Part shown: piece after piece, positions 23,927 to 38,024 of the stretch
Layout of the letters: every line of letters begins with the position of its first letter
How positions within the stretch are numbered: the first letter of the stretch is position 1
NCBI RefSeq assembly: GCF_018350175.1
Contig: NC_058373.1
Span: 107,758,001-107,822,000, forward strand
Source: Felis catus
Taxonomy: Eukaryota
Direction: 5' to 3'
Length of the DNA: 64,000 bases
Made by a program: the position numbers and the translations under genes
Notes under the pieces: model-generated
Told to the model about the DNA's origin: nothing
Databases searched by the model: none
What the model saw: only the letters and a program-made list of their open reading frames with translations

Positions 23927-26900
23927 AAAAATCAATTGATGATGTATCAATATATACTTGAAATATTGGGCTGCCCCTTTTATGCCCTTTGAATATGGTT
24001 AATAGATTCAAAACTCCATGTGAAAAATTCCTTGCTTTTGCATAAATTTAAAAAACTGTGACTTTTAAGTCTGTTAATAGGTTGTTATTTCTTTCACTGG
24101 TAATTTGCGAGCCCAACGTGTTAAATTTGGGGCCGAAGCAAGAAATAAGCCTTCAACCTTGGAGAGTTAATGAGGTTGGTGGGCAGAGTATGAATCATTT
24201 CATCTTACGTAACTCTTTTGGTATCTAGCAGGTGTTCAGATTGATGATTCGTCATGATAGTAAAAGTGCAGCATATTTTTATGAGATGGGTAGCATTTAC
24301 TTAGAGAGGTGTCTTGGATTTTCTGCAGTCTCTTTTCTATTCTTTGAAACAATTGGCTAGATCAGGTTCTCCTTTTATGTTAACTGCTTAGCTCTCTTTT
24401 ATTAGAATATGAGAAAATTGAGGCCTGAGTGAAAACTCAGGGCCTTGACCACTCTTTTCCACTCTTAATACTGCTGTATCCAAAATGAGTTTTCTCCATT
24501 GCCAAGCTGATAGTCATTCCTTTACTTAATATCTTCAGTGGTTGCCCGTGCTCTTGGATAAAGCACACATCTTTAAGATGTATAGATTGTTCTCCATGAT
24601 CCAGGCCCTGGTTTCCTCTTGCACCTTATTGCTCACCTCTGTGCAACCCACACTCTGCTCCAGTCACGTCTTTCATCCTCAAGGCTGCCTGTTAATTCCC
24701 ACCTATGCCTCAGGTCTCACTGTAGCTATCACTCACCCAGAAAACTTTTCCTGACATGCCAAGTCTGGGTTCTCCTCCTTAGTGTTCCCTCAGCATCCTG
24801 GGATCTCCATTGCCCATCCTCCCCTCCATCCCGAAAGAATGGCTGTAAGAATGGATTGGGCTCTCGTGGAAGTGTGTGATATTGGTCAGAAGGAGTTCAG
24901 GGTGTAATAGTATGGGTGATTAACTAGGATTTATCTCCCCTGCTCCTGGGGACTAGAGTAGTACTCTAACAGACTATTATATTACATGTGTCTGTATGAA
25001 ATGCCAAGCCGTAGGTGAGTCTTCATCCACCATTGGGCTTGTCCTATGTTCTGGGCACTGTGCCCTACTCTGAAAGGGAAGTGGACAAGACAGACATGGC
25101 CCCTTCCTTCGTAGGCCCTGGAGTTTTAAGGGGGAGAGACATTGGAGGAGAAAACCAGCAAGCAGGAAATTTCAGAAAGGAAGTACTAAGTTACTGTGGA
25201 CACGTGGTTTGAGGTAATCATGAGAGCCATTTTTCTGGAGGGAAAACAGCTGATTTTAAAGCCCCAGCACAGATAGCCACAGGCCTACTTCAATGAAATG
25301 ACTGTGAAATATCATTCCTCAAAAGAAAAGGAACTTTTGACCTGACAGTGCTTTCCCAGAGAGACATCACAGGTGCCCTTTTGAAAGGTAAATGTTCTCG
25401 ACCCATTAGAAGTGTTTCCATCTTTGGAAAGTGACAAAGTTGCCATGCCTGTGAACAGATGGCCTGACCCGAAAGAACCCTGGACTCCCAAAGGCAGACA
25501 ACAGTGACACCTTATGTGAACCAGTAAATGCCTTAAGCTTTGTGCAGATAGTAAAAGAATCATAGATGTTGAAGCAGGAGGATTATCTGGTTCAGGACAA
25601 CAACAAAAAGCCTGCCAATGAATTCATTTAGCAGGGGTGTTTTTAATGTTGAGTCTGAAGATCTTTATTTAGTTTTGTGGTCTTCCAGTTTGCCAGACCC
25701 CACCACTCCCTGAAAAACTGGCCCTCTTCACTCATCACCTGCTTGGGTCTGGAGGTTTTTGAGTTTTTGACAACTACTGTAGCTCAAGCCTTTGTTTTCA
25801 GAATGTGGGAACCAAAGCTATAGCCAAAACATTACTGTTGCCCTAGTTCACGTGATGTGTGACCCACACATGCTCATACTTGTAATGTAAATATGTAGAT
25901 ATATTTACTTAGATTTATTTAGATGTGTATTAATTTAGTTATGAATACATTAAGTTAGATTTATATTTATTTAGATAGTTATTGACATCTATATGTTTGT
26001 GTCCTAAAATTTTAGAGGAACTTGGCTTATTAGTAAATATAAATATTTAAATCTAAAAATATTAGGAGTTAACTTTAACTGGAAATCAGTATTATATTAA
26101 CTTCCCAGTTAAAAAAAAATCCCTCTTTGTATTTCATTCCACATCTCCCAGCAATGTATAAGTGCGGGGCTGTACTGGGAGTCAGGAGAGTGGGGTTCAG
26201 GGTGTGGCTTTGTCATCTGTCAGCTGTGACCTTAGGCAAGCCTGTGTGTACCAGGGTCTCAGTTCCCTGGTTTAGATCATACAGAGGTTACACTAGAATG
26301 TCTCGAAGGACCCTTCCATCCGTAAAGCCTCTGCCTCCTCTGTGTTTAGGCAGTTACATCATTTCTTCTCGTTTGGGGTGACTGGTTGGGTGTTAAGCAG
26401 TCAAAACTTTGATACTAACTTTATCAAAGTTAGTAACTCCTAAGAATTGAATTGGTCCAAATCTAAATTGCTCAGGCTTGAAGAGGATGTCTAGCACATG
26501 TCTAAATGACTTTTAGCATTGTTAGTGATGCTGGTGTTACTTCCCTGGTTTAGAATCAGCCTTAAGGAATTACAGTGGGTCCTCATTTCAAGACATGCAG
26601 TTATCTTTCTTGATTTACACTAATGGGCTCCTTGTCCTATAGGGTGGTTGTAAGTTATGTCCCTGTTACTTGTTTTCAGAGAGAGATTGAGAATCCCACT
26701 GTTTGAGCTTTTGCTGGAAGCCATTCTCACTAGCATGGTAATTAATGTTTTGTAGTCACAACATGTCTGTAGCCACCAGTCTATATATTCACCTTAGGTG
26801 ATGACAAATACTATAAATCACTTGTAGAACAGACATTTTAATTAGATGGAGGAATGAGCCCAAGGGTATTGGCTATTGTAGTGCTTAAGCTATGTCAAAG

Positions 26901-27166
26901 AACTTTATGAGATGGGAAATTTTTGCTGAGAATCATGGTACTATCCAGGGTGATTTATCAAGATTATTATTTTTAGTGTATTTCGGTAAAATACAGCAGC
27001 AATTGTCAAAGCACATAGAACTTTTTGTAGAAAGACCACTTAGTAGAGTGGTCAGTGTTTTTATTAAGTGCTGCCTTCTGCAGAATTCCTTCAATTTTAC
27101 ATAAGCTTTACCCTTGCATCTTACAGGGAGGAAAATGCCTAGAAGGTTTAGTTTGTGCTTGTGGGG

Positions 27167-27236
27167 AAAGAAAGAAAGAAAGAAAGAAAAGAGAGAAAAG
27201 AGAGAAAAGAGAGAAAAGAAAGAAAGAAAGAAAGAA

Positions 27237-27280
<44 letters not shown>

Positions 27281-27283
27281 AAA
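27167..27283. repeat. (GAAA)n/(GAGAAAAGA)n purine microsatellite
   Basis: Visible. Confidence 0.97.
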
Positions 27284-27306
27284 TTAAGAAATTTGCCAGA
27301 GGATAC

Positions 27307-27497
27307 GGGCACTTGGGTGGATCAGTTAGTTAAGCTTCTGACTCTTGGTTTTGGCTTGGGTCATGATCTCGCGGTTCATGGGGTCTGCCCAGTATCAGTC
27401 TCTGCGCTGAACATGGAGCCTGCTATGGACCCTCTCCCTCTGCCCCTTCCCCACTAGTGAGCACTTTCTCTCAAAATAAGTAACAAAATTTAAAAAA
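27307..27497 (+). mobile_element. Older SINEC
   Basis: gggcacttgggtggatcagttagttaagc; imperfect TSD aaatttg(c/t)cagaggat. Confidence 0.9.
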
Positions 27498-29009
27498 TTT
27501 GTCAGAGGATGGACAACAAGAGCCCATCATTATATTAATAAAATAAGTCATAGGGGGCCAGTGTGAGCATGTTCTAGACTCAGCCCCTGTTCTATAAATG
27601 CTTAAACCCAAACCCCAAAGCTGTATTTTCATTTGTAAGTCATATTTATCCCTTGTACTTTCATAGCACTGTTTCTATCTCCCTCTAATAGCACTTACAT
27701 ATGATGTTGTACCTTGTCCTCACATGAGGCTTTGGTATCCTTGTCTGTGATGTCATGGGCCCCCTTCTTGTGGCCTCTTCCAGCATCAGAGTCATGTGGT
27801 TCTAGATATGGTTCCATTGGACAATGAAAGTTTTGCTTCCTTCTGAAATTTCTTCTGGAGACCGTGCTGCTGATACTCAGATTTGTTCTAAGCTCTGAAA
27901 TTATTTTTGAAAGAGTGCACAAAGGTCATAAATATATTAGCATAATTCCTCAAACAGAATATATTTATTAATTTGTCAGGTGTGGATCTCTTAAATGCTT
28001 TATTGTATTTTGCTGTTGTTCTATCATAGTATGGAAGAGTTGAGAACAAATTCTCAGCAGAAGCAGTGCTTCTGAAACTGGTTTTGAGTCCTTGACCCTT
28101 TTAGTGATGATGAAAGCTATGGATCCTGTTTCTAGAAGAATGCATATATGTGCATATTGACAATGTGCTGGGATCAGTGTCACCAGATTACTGGTCTTCA
28201 AAGCCTGATGGGGTTTCAAATTTAGAAACCCCCATTGGAAGATATAAAAAATAAGGCTTTTATTAATTTCTAATTCCCAGGGCATGGTTCTAATCTTTTC
28301 CCCTATATTTGAAGACATTTTTCACTTGAACTGATTATAGCAGACAATTAACTAGTTGAAAAGAAGAGCTATACATTTTAGAGAAAGCTATGTGCTTAAA
28401 AAATGTATTCTCACTTACTTTTGGCTCCTGGTAAAATATACTAGATGATGACCCATTTTAAGACTTATTTGGTTGTGTTATTTAGGTATTTTCAAAAGCC
28501 TCTATTTTTGAAGGGGTTTCTTTGAGGTTTGCCGTGGATGAAAAGTTAAAAAAAAAAAAAAAAAACTAGGACAGTTTGAGTGACTTTGCTTGTATCTTTT
28601 GTTAATACCAACTTTTCCCCTATGAAAAGAGCTAGGATATATCTGTATACTTAAAACATTTGCCTTCTTTTTGAGCTGTGATGAGCATTATGGTGAATCG
28701 CTGTGTTGGTCCAAGACAAAACGATGAAATCAGGGATGTTGGTCTGCTGCTCTGGTCTTGTGACCCCTGGTCTCATATGGTCTGAGTCCCTCTGACCCAA
28801 TAAGATTTTCTGATCTTCTCTTGAGTTTCAGCTCACCTCACTGACATGTTGGGAAGGGACCTGATGATGGTAGAAATTGAGCTGAGTGAAGGTTGTCTAG
28901 ATTGCAGCCCCCTAGCTGGTTAGAAGTGAAGTTAGAATCTAGGTCTGAGGACTTGAATCCAAGATTCTTCCCCGGCATCACCGCAGTGTGTGGTGGGGGC
29001 AGCAGAAAA

Positions 29010-29400
29010 GCCATTCAACCATTCATAGATCTTTACTGAGCGCCTGCTATGTACCCAGCTCCATCTAGGAGATAGGGCAGAGAGCACAACACCCGGCGTC
29101 TTGGCTCCCACAGAGCTTCCGTCCTAGCATGGAGAGGTAGATAATAAACAGGCAAACAGGTCATTATGAAAATAACAAATGGTTGTTAGGTGCTCCCTGG
29201 AGAACTAAAACAGGGTGATGTGATGGAGTGTGACAGGATGACTGCTTTACCTAGAATGGACAGAGAAAGACTCACAGGGTGAGGGTGACGTTTTGGCCGA
29301 GACCTGAGTGATAAGCACCCAGCCAGCAGAGGGATCAGCTAAGGCAGAGGCCCAAAGGTAGGAATAGGTTTGACATATGGAGAAACAAAAAGGAGGTAAT
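29010..29400 (-). mobile_element. L2 3' region
   Basis: cattcaaccattcat..tttactgagcgcctgctatgt, gagcttccgtcctag. Confidence 0.7.
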
Positions 29401-29837
29401 GGAAAGAGGGTAGACTTGGTATTACCAAGTTCAAGTTCTGTGCATTCCCCCAGTTCTGCTACAGTGAGCAGGTCCTTAATCTCTGACAGTTTTCTCCTCT
29501 GGAAAATGGTGCTAATGTTAGCTACCTTATAGGATTAATGTGAAGATTAGATGTAATAAATTAAAAGTGCCCAGCACCAAGTAGACCCTTAAGAAATATA
29601 GCTTTGATTACTTTTTTCTTTTGATAGCTTGGGTTACTTTTACTCTCCAAAGGATATTAATATTTTAACAAGAGCCTCTGAACATAATCATAATGGCCAA
29701 GGAAAGACATTAGATGGTTGCATTTGAGACAATGGGGTGGTTATTTAAAAGTTTTCCGGGGATAGGGGATAGGGTAGGGTGCCCCTAAAGTGACACAGAA
29801 GTGTTTGCTTAACTCTATTTCCTTCAGCACCATATTT

Positions 29838-29921
<84 letters not shown>

Positions 29922-30154
29922 TCAAGTTAATTTGTTTATTGTGAGAGAGAGAGAGAAAGAGAGCACATAAGTTGCAGTGGTGGGGGTGGGGGTGGGGGGA
30001 GGGGGGTAGAGAGAGGGAGAGAGAATCCCAAGCAGCTTCTGAGCCATCAGTGTGAAACCCAACCAGGAGGGCTCAATCCCATGATCCATGAGATCATGAC
30101 CTGAGCTGAAATCAAGAGTCAGATGCTTACCTGACTGAGCCACCCAGGTGCCCC
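29838..30154 (-). mobile_element. SINEC whose tail has expanded into (TTTC)n (~29838-29923)
   Basis: TSD CCATATTTTCT on both sides; long pure tetranucleotide array. Confidence 0.95.
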
Positions 30155-30749
30155 TAGCCCCATATTTTCTAAAGGAGAAAGAAAGCAAAGATTCTGAATT
30201 TAATTTCACATTTTTGTATTTCTGAATGATCTATTTATTTTCTGTAGACTCATACATATTAATGGAAAGTTTTAATTCTTAGAGGGATAGGATAATTATT
30301 ACACTGTGGTCATATAACTGTTAAGGCCCCAAAGTGTTTCTCTTTTCTTTTCTTTTTACAAAACTGTAGACTTATGGATGAGAGTTAATAAATAAGGTGC
30401 CAGTAATCACGAAATAAAACCTCAAAAATTATGAATAACTAGATACAGTTGATTCTGACCACTGAAAGCTTATTTGCTTTATTGACTATAATTTTGTGAA
30501 TTAGCTCTGGATAGTTTTGCCTACTTGAGTAATTTTGGATAATGCCTATTTTGGCATCTCCTTGATCTCCAGAGTATCTCTGACCTTCCCTTCAATATCC
30601 GTTTGGTCTGTGTTTCATGTAAAAAGATACATTAGCCTTTGCCTAAGCCACATAAATTAGGATACAGGATCTACAATTACAGAGTAATAGTACAAAGTAC
30701 AGGCTTTGAGGAATATTTATTGGACAACTACCATAATTATCAATGCATC

Positions 30750-30960
30750 ATAGTGTGATGGTTGGGTGTCAGCCAGATTGGGGTTCAACTATTAGTTCTG
30801 CCTCTCATTAGCAGAGGCCATTCAACCTCTGCGAGCTCCAGCTTTCTCACCCTAAGATAGCACCTACCTCCCAGGTGTATGTGAGAATACAGTGAGGACT
30901 TACGTAAACCATCAAGCACAGCGTGTGACACGTAGCACTGCAGAAAATGATCACTGTCAC
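30750..30960 (+). mobile_element. MIR
   Basis: gggttcaa..ctctgcgagctccagctttctcac..gtgagaatacagtgag. Confidence 0.6.
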
Positions 30961-31659
30961 CATAACCACCCCCACCATACCTGCCAGTGCTTAAATAATG
31001 AAGTCGCAGGCCCAGCTTTTTCTGAAATCAACTCCGAAAACAAGAAGACGTTTATTTACGTAGATGTTTAGAGTTTTTAGTTTTAGGGGATTTAGAATTT
31101 GGAGTTTTGAGAATTGTAGAAGGGATTTTTGAGTCTAGCCTTCTTACTCTTTTTGCTTTTTATTTAAGATTCTGGAGGGTAAATCAATAAGATGTTCACT
31201 GATGGAAGAGGAGATGGCTTCTTTGCCCTGGAATCCTAGGGATTTGGGGTAAATTCTGTACATACGCCCACTCTGAAAGATGTAGCAAGGAATCTGGGGA
31301 AATGAAACTGGAAATGCTATAGCTACCATATTGGCCAAAGTTAGTTTATGCAAAGCCTTGAACTTGAGTCTGCTGGCTTGCTCATTTGATGTTGGACAGA
31401 TAGAAGAGTCTGAGTTAGTGTGAATAATCCATCAGAAGGAAGTAAAGTTGTAATATTTGGTTGCAAAGGATTGAAGGAGCCCTTTCAAAAGCTGAAGTGA
31501 GCATTTTTGTAACTGTAGTTAAGGGAAATGATGATAAATAGCCTCTTTCAGTTGGCATTGAAAGATGTTTCCTTGATTTAAGTTGGAACATATAATGCTC
31601 ATCATTGGATGTAAATTTTTCTTTCATGCTTTCAGGGAGGAAAACTATACTTAAAAAAA

Positions 31660-31872
31660 TTTTTTTTAATGTTTTTATTTATTTTTGAGACAGAGAGAGA
31701 CAGAGCATGAGCAGGGGAGGAGCAGAGAGAGGGGGAGACACGGAATCCAAAGCAGGTTCCAGGCTCTGAGCTGTCAGTACAGATCCCGATGCGGGGCTCA
31801 AACCCATGGACTGTGAGATCATGACCTGAGCCAAAGTCGGACGCCCAACCGACTGAGCCACCCAGGCACTCC
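31660..31872 (-). mobile_element. SINEC_Fc-type
   Basis: Full body, ends ccaggcactcc. Confidence 0.95.
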
Positions 31873-32608
31873 TAAAAATGCATCATTTTAACTTGTGATT
31901 TATGGATGAAATCAAGGGTACCAACAATTTTGGTTTGCAGAAAAACATGAAGTCCCCTTCCCCTGCATTGACTCATTTTCACGGTGATTTGGTACAGTTT
32001 TAGCTGTTGACTGGCTACTTGTATTGGGTTCTAGCTCCTTCACAGTCGATTTTAAGTTTGAGGTTTCTGATGTATGCATATTTAATTTTCAGAACAGAAG
32101 TTTCATTTGCACCATAGTAAGGCCCAACAGTGTTTGCACAGATGTTAGCACAGCCTTGGTTTTGGGTATTCAGAAGCCTTAGTTGCCTCTTTGGCTGTGC
32201 AGAGAATATATTGTTTCTGAGTCTCTGTGCTGGGCCTCCTCACTATCTTATCATGCACATCCTGTACTCAAGTTGTGGTTGTATTGATTTGCTGGGGTGC
32301 TGCTGTTGCAACTGTCTGGGGGTGAATGAGAATGTGTTTGTGGGTGTCTGCCCTCGCTTCAAGCTGACCTGCTACTTTCTGCCCAGTGGTACCACTCTCT
32401 GTGTGAGGGCCTCCCTCAGAGACCCTCAGCCTACCCCCAATCCCTGGCCAAGTGCCCTGAGTGTGATAGGGATTCAGGAAATATTTGTAGAATGAAGAAA
32501 TTCCTCATCGTTTACATGTCTGGAGTCTGATTCAGGCTTCAAACATTGTCATTCATTTTTGCTAAAAGCTTTTGTCTTTAAAAAATTTGTATTTCAGATA
32601 GAGACATT

Positions 32609-32613
<5 letters not shown>

Positions 32614-32684
<71 letters not shown>

Positions 32685-32728
32685 CAGAGAGAGAGACAGA
32701 GACAGAGAGAGAGACAGAGACAGAGAGT
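32614..32728. repeat. Compound (GT)n(GA)n(GAGACA)n microsatellite
   Basis: Visible. Confidence 0.97.
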
Positions 32729-35519
32729 TTAAGAGCAGCCTCAGGAATAGTTAAGAGAGAAGGAATGTGCCAGCATGATTTTTATTCTCTTTGTTATTTA
32801 AATAAATGTAAAAGGTGTGTGAAAGAATAGCTGAATCCCAGGTTCCCCAAAGAAAATGTTAACTTTTGTTGAGGTGATAAGAGATGGTTTTCAAAATAGG
32901 AAGAACCGGAAGGCTTAGACTGTCTTCCGGTACACATATGTCAGGAATATATTCATGACCGCCCGTCCGCCCTTGGTGAGAACAGGACACCAACAAGGGA
33001 CATAAACTAGGACATGGTTTAACTGTGACCTTGAAGTGATAGTTGCCTTTTAAGCTTCTTTTTTGCCTTCAAATATCCTGTTCTGGCAAAGTAAATAAGG
33101 GACCCCTGAAGTTGCTTCATTATGACTCTACAGTGTGCGTTTTCCTCTCTGAAATGAATTTCTCACAGGTCGTTGCTGACTCCTGCTGTAACTTGGTCCT
33201 GTTGAACTTGTGCATGTAGGATTCTGTTTTAAAACAGGAAAAATCATGATTCTGAAATTGTTCATGTCAAGATATTGAACGAGGCTTTCCATTACTATCG
33301 TTTCCATTAAAACTTTGAAGTCCAGTTCCTCAGTGACAGTCCGGCTTCAGCAAAGTTCACATGACAAGGAAGAAACCCATGGAGAGAATTGGCAGAATGA
33401 ATAATAAAGTGTCACTTTATTTATTTAGTGTCACTCTCTTCAAGCTCCCCCTCTTCCTCTTAGCCGGACTCTTGCTTTCTTCCTTGTCTCCTCCTTGGCC
33501 CATTATTTGGAAGAGCTCAGGTTAGTCAGTTATAACCAGGGAGAGCCTGTTTGTGTCCCAGCACCCAGATCATTCTCTGTAGGCAAGTACACCCATGTCC
33601 CGAGAAAACTGAAGCTGATGGGGTGAACTTCCACTCCCACCTGTGACATGTCCCCTCTGGCCCTGCTTTCCCTTGCAGGCAGACTTGGGGTGAGGTGAGC
33701 TTGCTGTTGGGGCCCATGCCTCCAATTGCCTTGTTGGGGTCTTCTCCATGTCTTTCCTGGGTCAGGTGTTCCCTGTCCCATACCTTCATCCTCTCCCTTC
33801 CTCTGACACCTTCCCTTTTAGAAGGGGGCCCAAATCTCCCTACACACCCAGCCTTCCCAGCTCCAACAGAACGAGCTGCACAGCCCTCCCTTGGCCTTGC
33901 TTACTTCCCTTTCGAGGTGGGGCTCAGTGTCTCCCCTCATCTCTTCTCAGTTTGCATGGATACCACTCGGGCAAAGCCCGGGAATGACTATGCCATCATG
34001 TCACTTCTTATTTGTCTTGTTGGCTGCTACTTTCTCCTTGAGGTTCTTTTAAATATTGGCATTTCCTGGGGTTTTGTCCTTATCGCTGTCTTCTTCACTT
34101 CAAATGATCTCTGCTTTCACAATCTTAACCATATTGTGCATATGCCAAGGACTTGCAATGCTTTGTCTCCCATTTTTGTCCCTGAGCCCACTTCCCGCTT
34201 CTGCTTCTAGGACCAGGGCAGCTCAGGGCAAAGGGCTTTATACTGTGTCTCCATCAATCCTCACGACATCCCATGAGGCATGAACAGGTACCAGGTAGCT
34301 GCATGTTCTACCTGAGGAAACTGTGGCTTAGGGAGGTGCCAGAACAAGTCCAAGGTCTCACATCTAGTATACTTGCTGGGAAGACCTATTTGGACATCCA
34401 TGAGGCATCTCCAGGTCAACACTGTCCACAATTAAATATTCCATCTTTCCCCTTAACCTGCTCCTCTGTCCGTTTACTTGGAACTAGTCTCAGCATTGTT
34501 CAGTCCTCTAGGCATCATTGTGGAATTTTCTCTCTCTTACCCATTTTGCCATTTCTATCAATTGCCAAGTTCTGCTGAACCGGCTCGCTAAATACTTGTT
34601 GAATCAATTTCTGCTTTTCCATCAGTACCACACCTGTTAGGCCCTTGTCCTATAGGTGGGTTATTGCAATAGCGTTGGAAGTAATCTCCATGAGTCAAAT
34701 CTTGTTCCCTCAAGTCCACCTTCCACAGAGCTGCTTGGATGAGCTGTCCACAGCTCAAGCCTAACCTGTGTCCTGCTGGAAATCTTTTAAAGGCTTCCCA
34801 TTGCCCATAAAGTTCAGGCTTCCTGGGAAGATTCCCAGGAGTCTGGCCTTGCCTACCTCCCCCGTTCTGTCTCCCACCTCTCCTCGTGTCCAGTTCAGGA
34901 TGTACATACAAACAAGTGAGTTAGGTTTTCTTCTCCTCTTATTTAATTCACTTCATTTCCAGTGCATATTGGGTGAGGAGGGCAGGTATTCCTTTGTACC
35001 TTGCACAGAAGGCTTGTTATATAACAACACTAGAAAAGATAAGAGGATGAAGGAGGTTACACAGAAAAAATATGTCACTCTCTTTGTAACTACAAACACA
35101 CCCACTGACAGGCCTGAGCGTGCATATGCACATGCCAGGACGCTTCCATGTGTCAGCCAACAGCCTTCACTGAGCACCTGCTATGGACAGAGACTGTGTT
35201 AGGTGCTGGATGGGCAAAGTTCAAGTTGCTCCCCTTGGTGGTGGGGAAGACAGCACAAGCCCACTGTTCCATCGGAGAGTAGCTGAGTTTAGGAACAGAG
35301 ATGTCTGTGGTAATAAAAATGAATGTTAGGGATTGCAAACCTGGGCATTGAGAAAGGACTTTCTGGAGGAGGTGATATTTGAGTTCAGTGTTCAGGGTAA
35401 GTCAGTATTAACTAGGTTTGAGGTGGTACAAATACCTTTCTCCATTTCCCCCTTGGAAATTGGTATTTTTCCCATGGAATTTTTATCTGTATTGGTCATT
35501 TTACACAGAGCTATAATAC

Positions 35520-35717
35520 TTTTTTTTTTTAATATTTTTAAATATTTATTTATTTATTTTGAGAAAGAGTGTGTGAAAGTGCGGGGGAAGGGTAGAGAGA
35601 GGAGAGAGAGATCCCCAAGTAGGCTCAGCGCTGTCAGTGCAGAGTCTGACCCGGGGCTCGAACTCAAACTGCGAGATCATGAGCTGAAATCAAGAGTCGA
35701 ATGCTTAACTGACTGAG
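35520..35717 (-). mobile_element. SINEC (head eroded)
   Basis: T tail, body ends gcttaactgactgag. Confidence 0.9.
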
Positions 35718-35746
35718 GGGGGCTAACAATACTTAAGTGCTTTTTA

Positions 35747-35970
35747 TTTTTTTTTAATTTTTTTTTAACGTTTTATTTATTTTTGAAACAGAGAGAGACA
35801 GAGCATGAATGGGGGAGGGGCAGAGAGAGAGGGAGACACAGAATCGGAAGCAGGCTCCAGGCTCTGAGCCATCAGCCCAGAGCCTCATGCGGGGCTCGAA
35901 CTCACGGACTGCGAGATCGTGACCTGAGCCGAAGTCGGACGCCCAACCGACTGAGCCACCCAGGCGCCCC
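35747..35970 (-). mobile_element. Young SINEC_Fc-type with 16-bp TSD
   Basis: TSD ACTTAAGTGCTTTTTA at 35731-35746 and 35972-35987. Confidence 0.96.
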
Positions 35971-38024
35971 GACTTAAGTGCTTTTTAAAAGCAAATTGTT
36001 CCTGGTTCATTCTATTGACAGGAACACAGTTCATGAGGGTAGGGGGATTGTCTTGGTCTGTTCTCGTTTATTCTCAGTGCGTGTCCTCTGATAGGTGCTG
36101 AATAAATGGTTGAATTGGATGCCTTGGGGTGAGGGGTGAGAAAAGGTTCTCCTCTTTACACCAGAGGTGGTAAAAGTCAGTGTGAAGTTGAGACTCGTGT
36201 GGGGGTGGCCCTGTGGTCGTAAGCTTGGTGGCTTGTCCCTGTAGTAGAACTGGGCTATCTCATGGGAGGGGCAGAGTGTGGTCTAGATGTCCAGCTGTCT
36301 TCTGAACACGAGTGCCAAACTCATTTGCAGGTGGAGGGCGTGCCCTTTTAAAGGCTAACCCAGTAATTAAATTGAAGCAGAAGGTTGCTGAAGGTGGAGC
36401 CAACTCATTTATTAGCATATAATATGATCAACCTAACTCACATAAACGTAGCTTATTGTGGTTTGTCCTTTCCTAGCTGCAGAAGAGCCTTGGAGAGATG
36501 CCCTTGATTATGAGTTAGTCAATGAGCTGCTGCTTGAAGATCTGAAGATACCAGGATATGTCATATCTGCAGGTTTTGTGCTTTAATTAGCGAGAGAGTT
36601 TCAGCTTCACGTATGCGACGTTAATATTTATTCTTGGCTTCGGCTCTGAATGTTCCGCCCCAGACCCACCATTCCGCTGGACTGCCTCACGATGCACTGT
36701 TGGTGCAAAGCCTTTGTTTTTTCAGAGGCCTGTTTCCACCAGAAGAATTGCACTGTAAGTGTTTCCACAGGAACTCTGCCCTTCGCCACTGTCATTGTTG
36801 TGGCTGCATGGCAGAACCCACAGGGTGGAGGTGTCTTAGCCCTCGTTGAAAATGCAACAGATCTTTCCATCTCTCGCTGCACATTTTCCAGTGTGTTCTG
36901 GTCCAGTGTGAAGTCTTAAAGCCAGGTTTACCGATTACCACATAAGAACTGATCGTTAGATGTCTTAAATGATCTGTTGAAGACTAGCATTCAGAAAAGT
37001 CACTTAGAATTTCTCTACCAGCTGACCTTAAACAATGCCCGGTAGAAGCTGCTTGTGAAGGTCCAGGAACTGGGTAGCATCACTTCAAGACAGAGAAGCT
37101 TTACCTCTGACTGAGGCAGCAGCTTCTCCGTGGATCAGCAGATACTGTTCCAAAGGAATCTGTGGTTCCTCTTGCACAGGCTTCTTGCCTTTACTTTGTT
37201 TCCGAGTGCCTGCTTTTTTTCTGCCTTTACTTTTTTCCTGAGTGGCCCGGAACAGCCCACTGTTAACTGTGCTTTGTGTTTATTGCCTGGTTGGTGTTTA
37301 CAGTGGAGCAGTCCCCACAGTAGTCTGGTTATTCGGATTGATAAGTGAAAGGAATGGCTCAGAGGTTAGTGTATTATCTGGAGAAAGGTTTAACATTAAC
37401 TTCAATTAGGAAATTAATGAATCTCCAATGATTATAGCCTGAGGGAGAGATCTTCCAATAGAATGGCCCTTTAGAGAAATAGTGACCAGCTCATTGAAAA
37501 AGAAGGCAGTAGGCGGGATAGAGAAGACTTCTGTGTTAAGACTGGTCAACTTCTCTTAGAAAACTATGAAAAGACTACCCTATAAGGAAAAGAGGGTCTT
37601 AAATTTTATTGGTGGGATTTTCATTCGTTCTGGAGCTGTGATAAAATAAGAACTAGGCAATACAGGGAAGACAGACAGGTTTCCTTAGACTTTTATTTCA
37701 AACACAGAACATGTATCTAATGTGCACTGAAAAGTATTTTTATCTAAATGTAGTACCTGGCCACTTTTTGTAATCAAGCAGTATTTTGAGTAATAGTCAT
37801 TGCTTAACTAAAGCGTGTGACACATAGTGAAATTACAAAAGTTGATTAAAAAATAAAAAGAGTTTTGCCTATAGCTTTGTTAGACTGAAATGGGTGGAAT
37901 CCTATTTGGCGTCAAGGAAACAGAGCTGGATTGTCTAGAACAGGGGTTTTCCAGGTCCCCATCTTCTGTGTGGAAGCAGAGCCTGACTCCTTGGCTTTCT
38001 CCTGGGCTTAGGATCCTGAGAGGT

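Noticed and set aside
27055..27457. K/E/R-rich ORFs
   Set aside because: Translation of the (GAAA)n microsatellite and a SINE.
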